A stretch of 63,607 bases of DNA from an uncultured Candidatus Saccharibacteria bacterium. GTDB taxonomy: Bacteria > Patescibacteriota > Minisyncoccia > Phycocordibacterales > SBAW01. The stretch covers positions 1 through 63,607 of the forward strand of contig CAYQPO010000003.1 in NCBI GenBank assembly GCA_964420015.1, read 5' to 3'. The translations under genes and the position numbers were made by a program. How positions within the stretch are numbered: the stretch's first letter is position 1; every line of letters begins with the position of its first letter. Shown here piece after piece: positions 46,827-56,846 of the stretch. The notes below the pieces were generated by a model that searched no databases, was not told where the DNA came from, and saw only the letters and a list, made by a program, of their open reading frames with translations.

Positions 46827-47776
46827 CAGCGTTTGATCCTGTTGATGAGTGCATTACCGATGTCTTTAATCGACTCGCCGACATCGAGGTTAAAGCGCTG
46901 GTCACCAATAGTTGCTCCCGCCTTGTCGCTTGCAACGGCGTCAAGGGCGGCGGCACGATTGGCATCAACGCCAGCTGTCTTGTAGTTTTCTATACGCTGA
47001 ACTCTGCCTTGGGCATCGGTCGCCCGCGCAGCATTTATTGAACGCTGTGCGGTGACTTGAGCCCAGCTGCTCTTCACGGTTTGGTCGCGGTTGTCGGTGC
47101 GGCTGACATTGGAACTTTTTGCCACAACCCCGGCCCTTCCGGGCAGAGCGTCGGCCTGGATTTTTGCCAGGATACGTCCTGCCAGGCTGTCGTTTCGCTC
47201 GTCGATGAATCCCTCGATTGTGAGGTTTTCACAGATGTCACGGGCAGATTCCAACACCAGTGTTTCGAGCGCTGCTTTCGGGTCAGGAGTGAATGCTTGG
47301 AATTTGGCCGGGTCGACAACTTTAAACTGTACGTTGCCGTCGACCTGGCCTTCGATAGCTCCTTCGCCGCCACCGGAAGTGTTCTTCGCCCAGATCTGCA
47401 TCTGTTTGAAGGGAATGCCGAATTCTTTTGTAGATTCCTTGATACCCAGACTGTAGAATGGCCACCCCAGAGGGAGCCAGTAGTAGCCCGGGGTTAATCC
47501 TTGGTCCATCGGCCCGGCAGGGATAATCCGCTCCAGAAATGTCACTGCCCCCTTGCTGTAGGTGGGCACGTGATTTTGGAACAGGTTCACCGACCACAGG
47601 TATTTCGGTGTTGCGATGGTGAGCACGAGCAAGGTCTGTGCCACTGGATGCACATACGCCTGTACTGCGATCGCGAAGATCGTGACGACGATGTAAGCAC
47701 CCAAGAGGTCTACGATTGCGCCAAGCGCAAGGTTAACCTCGCTCTTCTGGGAGAGAAGCATTCGATCCAAAAACAT
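46826..47776 (-). CDS. SPFH/band 7 domain membrane protein
   Basis: Two TM helices, L.PGYY..P, V...VQFKV.DP..F, L...V....RDI, G......V. Confidence 0.75.
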   Translation of the reverse strand: MFLDRMLLSQKSEVNLALGAIVDLLGAYIVVTIFAIAVQAYVHPVAQTLLVLTIATPKYLWSVNLFQNHVPTYSKGAVTFLERIIPAGPMDQGLTPGYYWLPLGWPFYSLGIKESTKEFGIPFKQMQIWAKNTSGGGEGAIEGQVDGNVQFKVVDPAKFQAFTPDPKAALETLVLESARDICENLTIEGFIDERNDSLAGRILAKIQADALPGRAGVVAKSSNVSRTDNRDQTVKSSWAQVTAQRSINAARATDAQGRVQRIENYKTAGVDANRAAALDAVASDKAGATIGDQRFNLDVGESIKDIGNALINRIKR

Positions 47777-47853
47777 AGTCAGCCCCTTTGGGTTCGAGTT
47801 AAGTTCGGATGTTCTTGCCGGTCCTGAGAGGAGCCGGACTTGACCTGGCCTGT

Positions 47854-47882
47854 ATTATGTCATATAGAGATAGTACTGTCAA
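47854..47882 (-). promoter_or_regulatory. Sigma70 promoter for the SPFH operon
   Basis: Minus strand TTGACA-N17-CATAAT. Confidence 0.6.
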
Positions 47883-47943
47883 CCAACTGAAAATTGAAAA
47901 GGGCCCTTAAAATAAAGGCTTTTTTGCCGTAGACTATTGGTAC

Positions 47944-48025
47944 GCTCCCGTGGCGAAATTGGTAGACGCGCGTGGCTTAGGACCACGTCTCGCAAGAGGT
48001 AGAGGTTCGAGTCCTCTCGGGAGCA
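47944..48025 (+). tRNA. tRNA-Leu(TAG)
   Basis: GCTCCCG/CGGGAGC acceptor, CGTGG-CTTAGGA-CCACG anticodon arm, variable arm. Confidence 0.96.
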
Positions 48026-48186
48026 CAAAATAGACGAACAATCTGCCCTGCGGCAGATTTTTCGCATTTTGTGAGGCGGAGCGATGTTTTGCACTTGCAA
48101 AACCGCGAGCCGGGGTCGCGACCAAACTTTGCGACGGCAAAGTTTGAGTTGTGACCAAAAGACACAAAATCCGCTCCTTTATTTTG
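48026..48186. repeat. tRNA-adjacent multi-hairpin element (copy A)
   Basis: TGCACTTGCA (48090), GAGCCGGGGTCGCG (48107) and AAACTTTGCGACGGCAAAGTTT (48124-48145), shared with copies B and C. Confidence 0.7.
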
Positions 48187-48259
48187 TCCGCCCACCTGGA
48201 CTCGAACCAGGGACCATCTCCTTAAGAGGGAGTTGCTCTACCAACTGAGCTATGGGCGG
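48187..48259 (-). tRNA. tRNA-Lys(CTT)
   Basis: CCGCCCA/TGGGCGG acceptor, loop CTCTTAA, GGTTCGAGTCC T-arm. Confidence 0.95.
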
Positions 48260-48294
48260 TTTTGTTGCGAACGTATGTATGGTTTTACCATAGT

Positions 48295-49173
48295 TTAGAA
48301 AACTTTTCCTCTAACAAATCGAAAGAGCGCTGGGGGAAGTTGTACATACATAAATCCAAAGTGGGATTTAAATTTAGAAAAACCTTTCCAACTTTTGGGC
48401 TGCCCCGAGAACCAAAAGTCAGTGGTCACCGCGTACGTGTACCCGCGTCGCTTTGTTTCGCCAAGCCAGTGGTCGGTAAGCGCGGTTGCGGCGCACACCC
48501 GCGCGCCTTCGTCGGTGACGAAGGGTGAGAGATGCGTCGATGCAAGATGGGTGGGGGAGAATACTATCCCCGTTCCGGCCACCAGTTCTTTTTGCGCGTT
48601 TCGCACTCCCCAGAGCTCTATGTGCTCTTCTAGGCCCATCGCAAAGCGCCGATGCACCCGGTGTAGACGCTCCAAGCCAAGCTTCTTGGCGATGCGACTC
48701 CTCTTATACGCATCACTATATGCATCGAGCGACACGCGCTCGATGGTGTAGTGCTGAGCGAGTGCCTGCCAGCGGCGCAAGTCGCCGCGTGCTTTTTTGC
48801 TCCAGCGATTTGTATAGGGGTCATTTGTAGAGAGATCGATGACCCCATCTATCTGATATGGTTTAGCTGAGAGGGCGAACCAGCCTTTGGGTTTGTCTTT
48901 GCGTCGCAGGCGATGCCAGATCGCGACGCGATTGTAGTTGAGAGACCCTACTTGCGCCGCTTTGCGTAAGTCGGGTTCGGCATCGCCGGTGAACAGCTCA
49001 AGAAAAATTGGCCAAACACCCCAACGCGAGCCGTCTTTTGGGGCGGGGCCAAGTGCTTCGCGTACACAGATGCCCGGCGGGTCGGCGATCTCACCATACT
49101 CGGGCCACAGGTCGGGCGGGACAAAATCGTCGGGCACCTCGACAATCGTGCCGTAGGGAAAATCCATACGCAC
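48295..49173 (-). CDS. GNAT/FemAB-like acyltransferase-fold protein
   Basis: WSKKAR..LRR, .W.V.....LVAG, KGFSKFK..FG pattern seen in FemX-like proteins. Confidence 0.65.
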   Translation of the reverse strand: MRMDFPYGTIVEVPDDFVPPDLWPEYGEIADPPGICVREALGPAPKDGSRWGVWPIFLELFTGDAEPDLRKAAQVGSLNYNRVAIWHRLRRKDKPKGWFALSAKPYQIDGVIDLSTNDPYTNRWSKKARGDLRRWQALAQHYTIERVSLDAYSDAYKRSRIAKKLGLERLHRVHRRFAMGLEEHIELWGVRNAQKELVAGTGIVFSPTHLASTHLSPFVTDEGARVCAATALTDHWLGETKRRGYTYAVTTDFWFSGQPKSWKGFSKFKSHFGFMYVQLPPALFRFVRGKVF

Positions 49174-49184
49174 TACTATAGCAG

Positions 49185-49273
49185 TACCGGGGGAGAGACT
49201 CGAACTCTCACGGAGGGATTTATTCCTCCTCGGGATTTTAAGTCCCGTACGTCTACCATTCCGTCACCCCGGC
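49185..49273 (-). tRNA. tRNA-Leu(TAA)
   Basis: GCCGGGG/CCCCGGT acceptor, CGGGA-CTTAAAA-TCCCG anticodon arm, long variable arm. Confidence 0.96.
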
Positions 49274-49314
49274 GTGTTTATATTTCTACCATAAAATGAT
49301 AGATTATCGAGACT

Positions 49315-49386
49315 GGCCACGTGGCGAAGAAGCAACGCGACGGTCTGCAAAACCGTTATGCGAGGGTGCGAATCCCTCCGTGGCCT
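49315..49386 (+). tRNA. tRNA-Cys(GCA)
   Basis: GGCCACG/CGTGGCC acceptor, ACGGT-CTGCAAA-ACCGT anticodon arm, U discriminator. Confidence 0.95.
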
Positions 49387-49695
49387 CTAGGTTGATAACT
49401 CATCCAATCTGCGCCTATTCTTTTCTCCCAGGTCGATGCGAAACTCCAGATGGGGGATCCGCATCCCGCGCACGCGCTCGCGTAAGTAATCGGCGAGCTC
49501 GGCGCGATTGCGATTGGCAAACTCGAGCGCTCCTTGCTCGCCCGCTTCGGGGTAGACACTAATGTAGATGATCGCGCGCTTGCTGTCCTCACTCATTTCG
49601 GCGCGAGTGACCGTGATGAGGTTGTGGCGGTTGGCCTCGCGGCTCAAAAACTCTGCCGCGGCGTGTTGTACTGCTTCGAGTTGGCGTTCTTTCAT
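49387..49695 (-). CDS. rbfA: Ribosome-binding factor A
   Basis: ITVTR..MS.D.K.A.IY.SV...R..P.L.F..D.G. Confidence 0.9.
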   Translation of the reverse strand: MKERQLEAVQHAAAEFLSREANRHNLITVTRAEMSEDSKRAIIYISVYPEAGEQGALEFANRNRAELADYLRERVRGMRIPHLEFRIDLGEKNRRRLDELST

Positions 49696-49701
49696 ATAAG
49701 A

Positions 49702-51255
49702 CTAAGAGAGCTCGGTGGTGAGTGCTTCGAGTAGGTCGCCCGCTGCAGGCTCGGCAGAGGTCTTGAGCATTACGCCAAACTCTTGGCCCTCTTCGACCAC
49801 GCGCACTTCTTTTTTGTTGGCTTGCAAGCCGACGATGGTTGCATGGCCAAGCTCAAGATCGCGGCGCATGATGCGCAGCTCCTGATTTTGTTTGAGCGAG
49901 CCCTTTTCTACGCGCCCGCCCACGACGACGCGGCCTTTTTGGGCGCTAAAGAATTTGAGCACTTTGGCTGAGCCCACTACCACCTGCGCTTCTACTTTGG
50001 GGCGGCGCTTAGCGGTCGCCTCTTGGAGCCATTCGGCTAGTTTGTAAATGATGTCAAAGGTGGCTATTTCGACCCCGAGTCGCTCTGCGAGGTCGCGGGC
50101 AGGCACATCAACTTTGACGTTAAAGCCGATCACCAAACCGGGAGTCTTGCCGCCACCGACCAACTTAATGTCGTTTTCGGCAATAGTGCCGACGCTGCGG
50201 CTCAAAACGCGCAGTTCAAGTCGCGAATCTTGAGGAAGTTTTGCAATTTCGTGCATCACTGCCTCGCCGGTTCCGGCAAAGTCGGTCTTAATGAGGATAG
50301 GGAGTATCACTTTTACTTCTTCGTCACTTTGGCCGCCAGTCGCCGAACTCTCGCCGCTCGGGCGCTCCGGGCCGCTAGGCCAAGTCCTACCCTCGCTTTG
50401 AGAGTTGCGGCTCTGTGCGGCCAAGGTCTCTGCGTCCTTTTTCTTTTCAACGGTAGTAAATTTTTCACCCACGACGGGGAGTGTTGAAAAACCCACAATG
50501 CGCATCGGGCTGCCGGCCGAAGCCTCTTTAATCGGCCTGCCCAAAAAGTTTTCCATAATCCGCACGGGGGCAAATGCACCACCAGCCACAACGAATTGCC
50601 CACTCTCAACATGGCCGTCGCGTACAACGAGTGTCGCGGTGTTGCCACGTTTGTTGTCGACGTGCGCCTCGATCACCAACCCCTCGCCCGGTTTTTTGAG
50701 ATCAGCACTCAAACCTTTGAGCTCGGCTGCAAGCAAGATGAGGTCAAGCAACTCCGGAACCCCTTCGCCACTTTTGCTCGAGATGCCTACCCAAGGGATG
50801 TCGCCACCGTAGCCCTCCAAATAAATTTGATGCTCTAAGAGCGAGCCTTTCGCTTTTTCTAATTGAGAACCGGGTTTGTCTATTTTGGTGAGCGCTACCA
50901 CAAACGGGATTCCCACACTTTGGATGAGTTTGTATGCCTCGAGTGTTTGCGGTTTGACCCCATCTTCTGAAGACACAACCAAAATTGCCACGTCAGCGAC
51001 CTCGAGCCCGCGGGCACGCATCCCGGCAAAGGCCTCGTGCCCGGGAGTATCCAAAAAGGTGATGCGGTGCTCGCCCGAGGCATTTTTGTGCACAGCCTCA
51101 TAGGCCGAAAGATGCTGCGTTATGCCGCCCGCCTCGCCCTCGACCACATTTGTTTTGCGGATATAGTCGAGTAGCGTCGATTTGCCATGGTCGATATGAC
51201 CCACGACCGCGACAATAGGGGGCCGCAGAGCGGCTGTGGGGTTAGGTTTGGGCAT
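49702..51255 (-). CDS. infB: Translation initiation factor IF-2 (short form, no N-terminal domain)
   Basis: GHIDHGKSTLLD, GGITQH, DTPGHEAF, TKID, IIYKL. Confidence 0.96.
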   Translation of the reverse strand: MPKPNPTAALRPPIVAVVGHIDHGKSTLLDYIRKTNVVEGEAGGITQHLSAYEAVHKNASGEHRITFLDTPGHEAFAGMRARGLEVADVAILVVSSEDGVKPQTLEAYKLIQSVGIPFVVALTKIDKPGSQLEKAKGSLLEHQIYLEGYGGDIPWVGISSKSGEGVPELLDLILLAAELKGLSADLKKPGEGLVIEAHVDNKRGNTATLVVRDGHVESGQFVVAGGAFAPVRIMENFLGRPIKEASAGSPMRIVGFSTLPVVGEKFTTVEKKKDAETLAAQSRNSQSEGRTWPSGPERPSGESSATGGQSDEEVKVILPILIKTDFAGTGEAVMHEIAKLPQDSRLELRVLSRSVGTIAENDIKLVGGGKTPGLVIGFNVKVDVPARDLAERLGVEIATFDIIYKLAEWLQEATAKRRPKVEAQVVVGSAKVLKFFSAQKGRVVVGGRVEKGSLKQNQELRIMRRDLELGHATIVGLQANKKEVRVVEEGQEFGVMLKTSAEPAAGDLLEALTTELS

Positions 51256-51261
51256 GAGATT

Positions 51262-51783
51262 TTACTTTTTGCGTGCACGGGTGATGTGCTCTTGCGCTTT
51301 GGCTATAGACTCTTTTTCCTCGTCGGTTAGTTCAAAAGACGAGACGCCTTGGGCAAGGGGCTTGGCATAGACCCCAACCCGGTCGCGCGCATAGAGAGTG
51401 GAGAATACCACGCCCGAACCCTGCTCGTCGAGGAAGGCTACGCAAAAGCTCTGGTTGCCGCCTTGGCCCTCGGCAAAGGGATTGAAGCGCACCACACCCA
51501 CTCCCTGCACGCTCTGACGCAAACGTGCCTCGGCAAGCTTAAGATATTTTTCGAGCTCTGCACGAAACTCTTTATGATCGGCGTTGTCTTTGAGCAGTTT
51601 CTGCAATGTCTCTTCAAGCAAGCCGCTTGCGCCAGGGCTCAGGCGCCGTATCCGGCGATGCAAAAAAGTGATGTGTAGCAGCGCAATGAGCCCCAAGAGT
51701 ACGCCAAGCGCCGCAAAGAACGGAGCCCAAAATATGAGATGGGCTATAAGAAATGTTTTGACGGCCGCTGCAGACAAAGGCAT
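51262..51783 (-). CDS. DUF4446-family protein
   Basis: TM then VGVVRFNPF...GGNQSF..A.LD..G.GVV.S.LY.R....YAKP...G.S...L..EE. Start trimmed to MPLSAA. Confidence 0.85.
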   Translation of the reverse strand: MPLSAAAVKTFLIAHLIFWAPFFAALGVLLGLIALLHITFLHRRIRRLSPGASGLLEETLQKLLKDNADHKEFRAELEKYLKLAEARLRQSVQGVGVVRFNPFAEGQGGNQSFCVAFLDEQGSGVVFSTLYARDRVGVYAKPLAQGVSSFELTDEEKESIAKAQEHITRARKK

Positions 51784-51806
51784 AGAAACAGTATACTCTC
51801 TAGCGT

Positions 51807-52964
51807 ATGTTTTGGAATCGACGCATCTACGCCGACGCCGCGGCCGCAACGCCGCTTTCAAAGCTTGCCAAACGCGAGTTTGAGCGACTTTTGTGCGTGT
51901 ATGGCAATGCAGGTGCGATCCACCAAGAGGGCCTCGCTGCCAAACAAGAACTTGAACGTGCGCGTGCAACGGTTGCAGCGTGCATCGGCGCGCATGCCGA
52001 CGAAATTATTTTTACTGCTTCGGGCACCGAGGCCAACAACTTAGCGATTGGCATCGCTACACAAAATGCTCAGCATGGTATTACGAGCGCAATAGAGCAC
52101 GCTTCGGTGCTCGAGTCGCTGCGCGCAAGCGGCGCTCGCATAACTAAGGTGGCAGTTGATAGCGAAGGGATGCTTTTCCCCAGTGGAGTTGCCATGGTGA
52201 TCGCGTCCGACACGACCTTTGCCTCAATCCAGTTAGTTAATAGCGAAATAGGGAGCATGCAGCCCGTACGCGAGATAGGCAAAGAGCTTAAGCGCGCCAA
52301 GAAAAATATTATTTTCCACACCGATGCGGCGCAGGCTCCCCTTTGGATGGAGCTCAACGTCGAGCGTCTTGGCGTCGATCTTCTGAGCCTCGATGCACAA
52401 AAAGTAGGAGGACCTAAGGGTGTCGGTGCTCTATATATAAGGAGGGGAACTCCACTGCGCACACAGCTCCTCGGGGGTAAGCAGGAGCGCGGCTTGCGTG
52501 CGGGCACTGAAAATGTGCCAGCGATTGGTGCTTTTGCCATTGCGCTGCAAGAAGCTAAGCGTGGGGTAGCGAAGCGTGCTGCAAGAATGACAAAGCTACG
52601 CGATTATTGTTTTGTGGAGATCAAAAAAGTCCTACCCGATGTAATTTTAAATGGCCCCAAACTCGATAGTGCGCGCATCGCCAACAACCTCAACATCTCA
52701 ATCCTTGGGCTTGATGCGCAAATGGCAGTGGTCTCACTCGACAGCTTGGGCGTCGCGGCTTCGAGCAGGAGCGCCTGCGATGTCGGGCAAGAGGAGCCGT
52801 CTCATGTCATCAAAGCCATTACACAAACCGTCGCAGATCCTGAGCGCAGTCGAAGGACCGGCACCGCGATCCGCCTCACCTTCTTGCCCAACTTTTCTAA
52901 GCGACAAGGGCGCCGCATTGCACAGGCGCTCAAAGAAACTGCTGAGCGCTACCGCAAGATCTAG
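51807..52964 (+). CDS. Cysteine desulfurase (IscS/NifS class V aminotransferase)
   Basis: YAD.AA.TP, SGTEANN, NSEIG, FHTDAAQ, AQK.GGPKG.G, GTENV, SACD. Confidence 0.92.
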   Translation: MFWNRRIYADAAAATPLSKLAKREFERLLCVYGNAGAIHQEGLAAKQELERARATVAACIGAHADEIIFTASGTEANNLAIGIATQNAQHGITSAIEHASVLESLRASGARITKVAVDSEGMLFPSGVAMVIASDTTFASIQLVNSEIGSMQPVREIGKELKRAKKNIIFHTDAAQAPLWMELNVERLGVDLLSLDAQKVGGPKGVGALYIRRGTPLRTQLLGGKQERGLRAGTENVPAIGAFAIALQEAKRGVAKRAARMTKLRDYCFVEIKKVLPDVILNGPKLDSARIANNLNISILGLDAQMAVVSLDSLGVAASSRSACDVGQEEPSHVIKAITQTVADPERSRRTGTAIRLTFLPNFSKRQGRRIAQALKETAERYRKI

Positions 52965-53003
52965 CGGTTTCTTTTTTCTAAAAAATGTCCTATAATTCGC
53001 TTA

Positions 53004-53783
53004 ATGGACATCGAGCATCTCACCAAACATCAGATAGTGCTCCTAACCCTTTTGGTGAGCTTTGTGACGTCCATAGCAACCGGTATCGTCACCGTGTCTT
53101 TGATGGACCAAGCGCCGCCTTCGGTAACCCGCACGATCAACCAGATCGTCGAGCACACGGTAGAAAAAGTGGTCCCCGCCGCGACACCCGTGATGGCAAC
53201 TAGTGGCGGCACCGTAACCAAAGAGACCACGGTGGTGGTTAAAGATGATGACCTGGTTGCACAGTCGATTGCCAAAGTTCAAAAGGCGATTGTGCGTATC
53301 GTGAGCAAAAATGATCCGCAGACACTCGTCGCACGCGGCATTATTGTCGACAACAAGGGAGTCGTCATCTCCGACCGCGGGGCGCTCGAGCCCATGGGCA
53401 CGGTCAACTTTTTGGCCTACTTGCCCGACGGCTCTCAGGTGCCCGCGGTGATGCGCATCCCCGATGCTACCTCCTCGGTTGTCTACCTCGACCTACAGGT
53501 TGCCTCAAGCTCGGTAAAGTTTGCCCCAGCGGCCATAGCCGACCAAAGCAAACTCCAGTTAGGCCAGAGTGTTATACGCATCGGAGGCGGCGGGGGAGAT
53601 GTCGTAGGCACCGGTGTTATAGCCCACCTCCCCCAACCTCACGACGATCTCATTCAGGCGAGCGTAGTCTCAACGACACCGGGTTCGGTACTCCTAACCC
53701 AGTTTGGCGAGATCATTGGCATCGTCACTGGTCAATCTCAAGTCTCAGGTGCAGACTTTTACACCCTAGTCTCAAGCCCTTAA
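53004..53783 (+). CDS. Trypsin-like (HtrA-related) membrane-anchored protein, catalytic motifs degenerate
   Basis: TM; V.KV..A.V.I; G.I....G.V; L.LGQ.V. The TNxH and GNSGG positions read ISDR and STTPG. Confidence 0.7.
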   Translation: MDIEHLTKHQIVLLTLLVSFVTSIATGIVTVSLMDQAPPSVTRTINQIVEHTVEKVVPAATPVMATSGGTVTKETTVVVKDDDLVAQSIAKVQKAIVRIVSKNDPQTLVARGIIVDNKGVVISDRGALEPMGTVNFLAYLPDGSQVPAVMRIPDATSSVVYLDLQVASSSVKFAPAAIADQSKLQLGQSVIRIGGGGGDVVGTGVIAHLPQPHDDLIQASVVSTTPGSVLLTQFGEIIGIVTGQSQVSGADFYTLVSSP

Positions 53784-53799
53784 GCTAATCTAAAAATCT

Positions 53800-56532
53800 A
53801 TGCCCCCATTCCATCACTTCACCACCAAAGCAAAAGAAGCCGTTCGTCGAGCCCACGAGCTCGCCGTGGAGCGGGGCCAAAATCAAGTAAGCCCGCTCCA
53901 CCTTTTAGGCGCGCTTCTCCTGCAAGAGGAGAGCACGGTTATCTCGGCACTTGAGCGCCTTGAGATCGACTCGACCTTGCTCACGGATACTGTGCTCGAG
54001 AGTTTGGAGACGCCGGGTGCGGGCTCGGTGCTTAGTCCTAGCTACCAGCTCTACCTCACGCCTGAGCTCGTACAAGCGCTTGAGCGCTCCGCTAAAGTTG
54101 CTACTGAGACGCAAGACGAGTTTGTAAACACCGAACACCTTTTTATAGCAATCATCGACGTGCCCGGCTCGGCACGAGATCTTCTTAACCGTTTTCGCAT
54201 TACCCGCGAGGGGATGATGCGCGCGCTCATGGAGCTGCGCCAAAACAAACAGTCTCAAGCCGAAGCCCCAAAAAAGTTTCGTGCACTGCAAAAATATACC
54301 CGCTCGCTCACTAAGATGGCGCTCGAGAACAAACTCGATCCAGTAATCGGCCGCGACGAGGAGATTTCCCGCGTAATCCAAATCTTGAGCCGCCGCACTA
54401 AAAACAATCCGATCCTCATTGGTGAGGCGGGCGTGGGCAAAACTGCAATCGCCGAAGGGTTGGCCTCGCGCATAGCAACCGGCGACGTGCCTGACAGCCT
54501 GCGTGACAAAGACTTGGTTAGCCTCGACTTGGGCGCACTCATCGCGGGGACCAAATATCGCGGCGAGTTTGAGGAGCGCCTCAAGGCGATCATGAAAGAA
54601 GTCGAGCGCGCCGAGGGTAAAGTGATCCTCTTTATTGACGAGATTCACACCGTAATTGGTGCAGGGTCAGCCGATGGCGCAGTAGACATGTCTAACATGA
54701 TCAAACCTGCCCTCGCACGCGGCGAGATGCGTGTTATAGGCGCGACCACCTTGCGCGAATATCAAAAGTACATCGAGCGCGACCCAGCCTTCCAGCGCCG
54801 CTTCCAGCCGGTCTATGTGCTTGAGCCCGCTATAGACGACGCGACCGCAATTTTGCGCGGATTGAAAGAAAAATACGAGCTCTTCCATGGCGTGCACATT
54901 ACCGACGATGCACTGGTGGCTGCGGTCGAACTCTCGGCGCGCTACATTCCCGACCGTTTTTTGCCTGATAAAGCGATCGATCTCATCGACGAGGCCTCCT
55001 CGAGTCTGCGCATTTCGCTTGAAAATAAACCCCCGATGCTCGAAGATGCGCACCGTAAGATTATGCGCCTCGAGGTAGAGAAAGAGGCACTGCGTAAAGA
55101 TGCGGCAATAGAGAACGAAGAAGGCAAGCCCACCCGCCAATCTGGCGCGCGCAAGGCTGCGACCCGTGTTAAAGCGATAGAGAAAGAGGTCGCCGAACTC
55201 AAAGAAGAGACGCACGAACTTGAGCTGCGCTGGAAGAACGAAAAGCAGGTCTTAGGCGACATCAAGTCGATTAAAAAAGAGCTTGAGGGTTTGCGCATCG
55301 AGGCCGATGCTGCCGAAAGCTCGGTCGATCTCTCGCGTGCAGCCGAGATCCGCTACGGAGAGATCCCCGGCCTTGAGCGTGAACTCGAACAAAAACAAAA
55401 ACGCCTCAAAAAACTCCAGTCGACCCGCCGGATCCTTAAAGAAGAAATCATGGAAAGCGACATCGCTGCGGTGGTTGCCAAATGGACCGGCATCCCGGTT
55501 TCGCGCATGCTCGAAGAGGAGGCCGAGCGTCTCTCGCGCATTGAAACTGAGCTCCAAGCCCGGGTGGTGGGCCAAAGCGAGGCGGTGCAAAAGGTCTCTG
55601 ATGCGGTCAAACGCTCGCGTGCGGGCATCGCCGACCCTAATCGTCCGATCGCCTCGTTTATGTTTCTTGGCCCTACCGGCGTGGGCAAGACCGAACTCAC
55701 CAAAGCGCTCGCCGGCTTTATGTTCGACGACGAGCGCGCGCTCATCCGCGTCGACATGTCTGAGTATATGGAGAAGCACAGCGTCTCTAAACTTATCGGT
55801 TCGCCCCCGGGCTATGTGGGCCACGACGAGGGCGGCGGGTTGACCGAGCTGGTGCGCCACCGACCCTATGCGGTATTGCTTTTTGATGAGATCGAGAAGG
55901 CCCACCCCGAGGTCTTTAATATCCTCCTGCAAGTGCTCGATAACGGCCAATTGACCGACGCCAAGGGCCGCAAGGTCAACTTCCGCAACACGATCATCAT
56001 TATGACGAGCAACATCGGTGCGCAATACATCGACCGCATGGAGCAGCTCGGGTTTGCGCTCAGTGGCAGGGGGGAAGAGGCCGACTACAAAATGGCTAAA
56101 GAAAAAGTGGAACAGAGCCTCAAGGACTACTTCCGCCCCGAATTCTTAAACCGCATCGACGAAATTATCATCTTTAATATCCTCTCACCTGAGGCGGTCA
56201 AAGAGATCGTCGGTATCCAGGTTAAAGAGGTGATAGAACGTCTGGCAACTAAAGAAATTACGCTCACCATTATGCCCGCAGTGTACGACTACCTGGCCAA
56301 GGAGGGCTACAACCCACACTACGGCGCTCGCCCGCTGCGCAGGCTCATTCAGGACAAAATCTTGACCAAAGTGGCGTCGCTAATGGTCTCTCGCGGTGTG
56401 CTCTCGGGTGGGGCAGTGACGATCGACCTGGGGCCCAAAGGGGACTTCATATTCGACGTCAAAAAAGGTTCGGCTCCAAGCAGACGCAAAGTCTCGGCTG
56501 CAACGATTGCCGAAGAGAAAGTTGGAGCGTAA
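53800..56532 (+). CDS. clpB: ATP-dependent chaperone ClpB
   Basis: Clp-N repeats, GEAGVGKT, long coiled-coil M domain, [14 protein letters not shown]-type [13 protein letters not shown]. Confidence 0.95.
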   Translation: MPPFHHFTTKAKEAVRRAHELAVERGQNQVSPLHLLGALLLQEESTVISALERLEIDSTLLTDTVLESLETPGAGSVLSPSYQLYLTPELVQALERSAKVATETQDEFVNTEHLFIAIIDVPGSARDLLNRFRITREGMMRALMELRQNKQSQAEAPKKFRALQKYTRSLTKMALENKLDPVIGRDEEISRVIQILSRRTKNNPILIGEAGVGKTAIAEGLASRIATGDVPDSLRDKDLVSLDLGALIAGTKYRGEFEERLKAIMKEVERAEGKVILFIDEIHTVIGAGSADGAVDMSNMIKPALARGEMRVIGATTLREYQKYIERDPAFQRRFQPVYVLEPAIDDATAILRGLKEKYELFHGVHITDDALVAAVELSARYIPDRFLPDKAIDLIDEASSSLRISLENKPPMLEDAHRKIMRLEVEKEALRKDAAIENEEGKPTRQSGARKAATRVKAIEKEVAELKEETHELELRWKNEKQVLGDIKSIKKELEGLRIEADAAESSVDLSRAAEIRYGEIPGLERELEQKQKRLKKLQSTRRILKEEIMESDIAAVVAKWTGIPVSRMLEEEAERLSRIETELQARVVGQSEAVQKVSDAVKRSRAGIADPNRPIASFMFLGPTGVGKTELTKALAGFMFDDERALIRVDMSEYMEKHSVSKLIGSPPGYVGHDEGGGLTELVRHRPYAVLLFDEIEKAHPEVFNILLQVLDNGQLTDAKGRKVNFRNTIIIMTSNIGAQYIDRMEQLGFALSGRGEEADYKMAKEKVEQSLKDYFRPEFLNRIDEIIIFNILSPEAVKEIVGIQVKEVIERLATKEITLTIMPAVYDYLAKEGYNPHYGARPLRRLIQDKILTKVASLMVSRGVLSGGAVTIDLGPKGDFIFDVKKGSAPSRRKVSAATIAEEKVGA

Positions 56533-56543
56533 TATAGGGTGAC

Positions 56544-56627
56544 GCGTCGGTGGCGGAGTGGTCAATCGCAACTGGCTGTAAACCAGTCGCCCTTGTGGCT
56601 ACGTAGGTTCGAATCCTACCCGGCGCA
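56544..56627 (+). tRNA. tRNA-Tyr(GTA)
   Basis: GCGTCGG/CCGGCGC acceptor, ACTGG-CTGTAAA-CCAGT anticodon arm, variable arm. Confidence 0.96.
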
Positions 56628-56814
56628 CAAAACGCAAGCACCCCTTTGGGGGTGTTTTGCGTTTTGTGGCATGGAGCAGAGTGTTCAAACACTCTGCGTG
56701 TAGGATTCGAACGCCGGACCGTTGCCCTGCACTTGCAGGGCCGGGAGGCGGTGCCCAGACAAAACTTTGCGACGGCAAAGTTTTAGTCGAGGGAGAATCC
56801 TACCCGGCGCACCA
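56628..56814. repeat. tRNA-adjacent multi-hairpin element (copy B) with duplicated tRNA 3' end
   Basis: Inverted T-arm GTAGGATTCGAAC (56700-56712); shared palindromes; GAATCCTACCCGGCGCAC repeated at 56611 and 56795, the distal copy ending in CCA. Confidence 0.8.
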
Positions 56815-56846
56815 ATTGGTCAAGATTTAGGGTGTATGATTAGTGC

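Noticed and set aside
51784-51969. N-terminal extension of the DUF4446 ORF
   Set aside because: It overlaps the divergent cysteine desulfurase gene.
56611-56814. Repeats after tRNA-Tyr and tRNA-Trp as CRISPR arrays or extra tRNA genes
   Set aside because: Only two copies of each repeat, both matching the tRNA 3' end; no cas genes; the distal copies lack D and anticodon arms.
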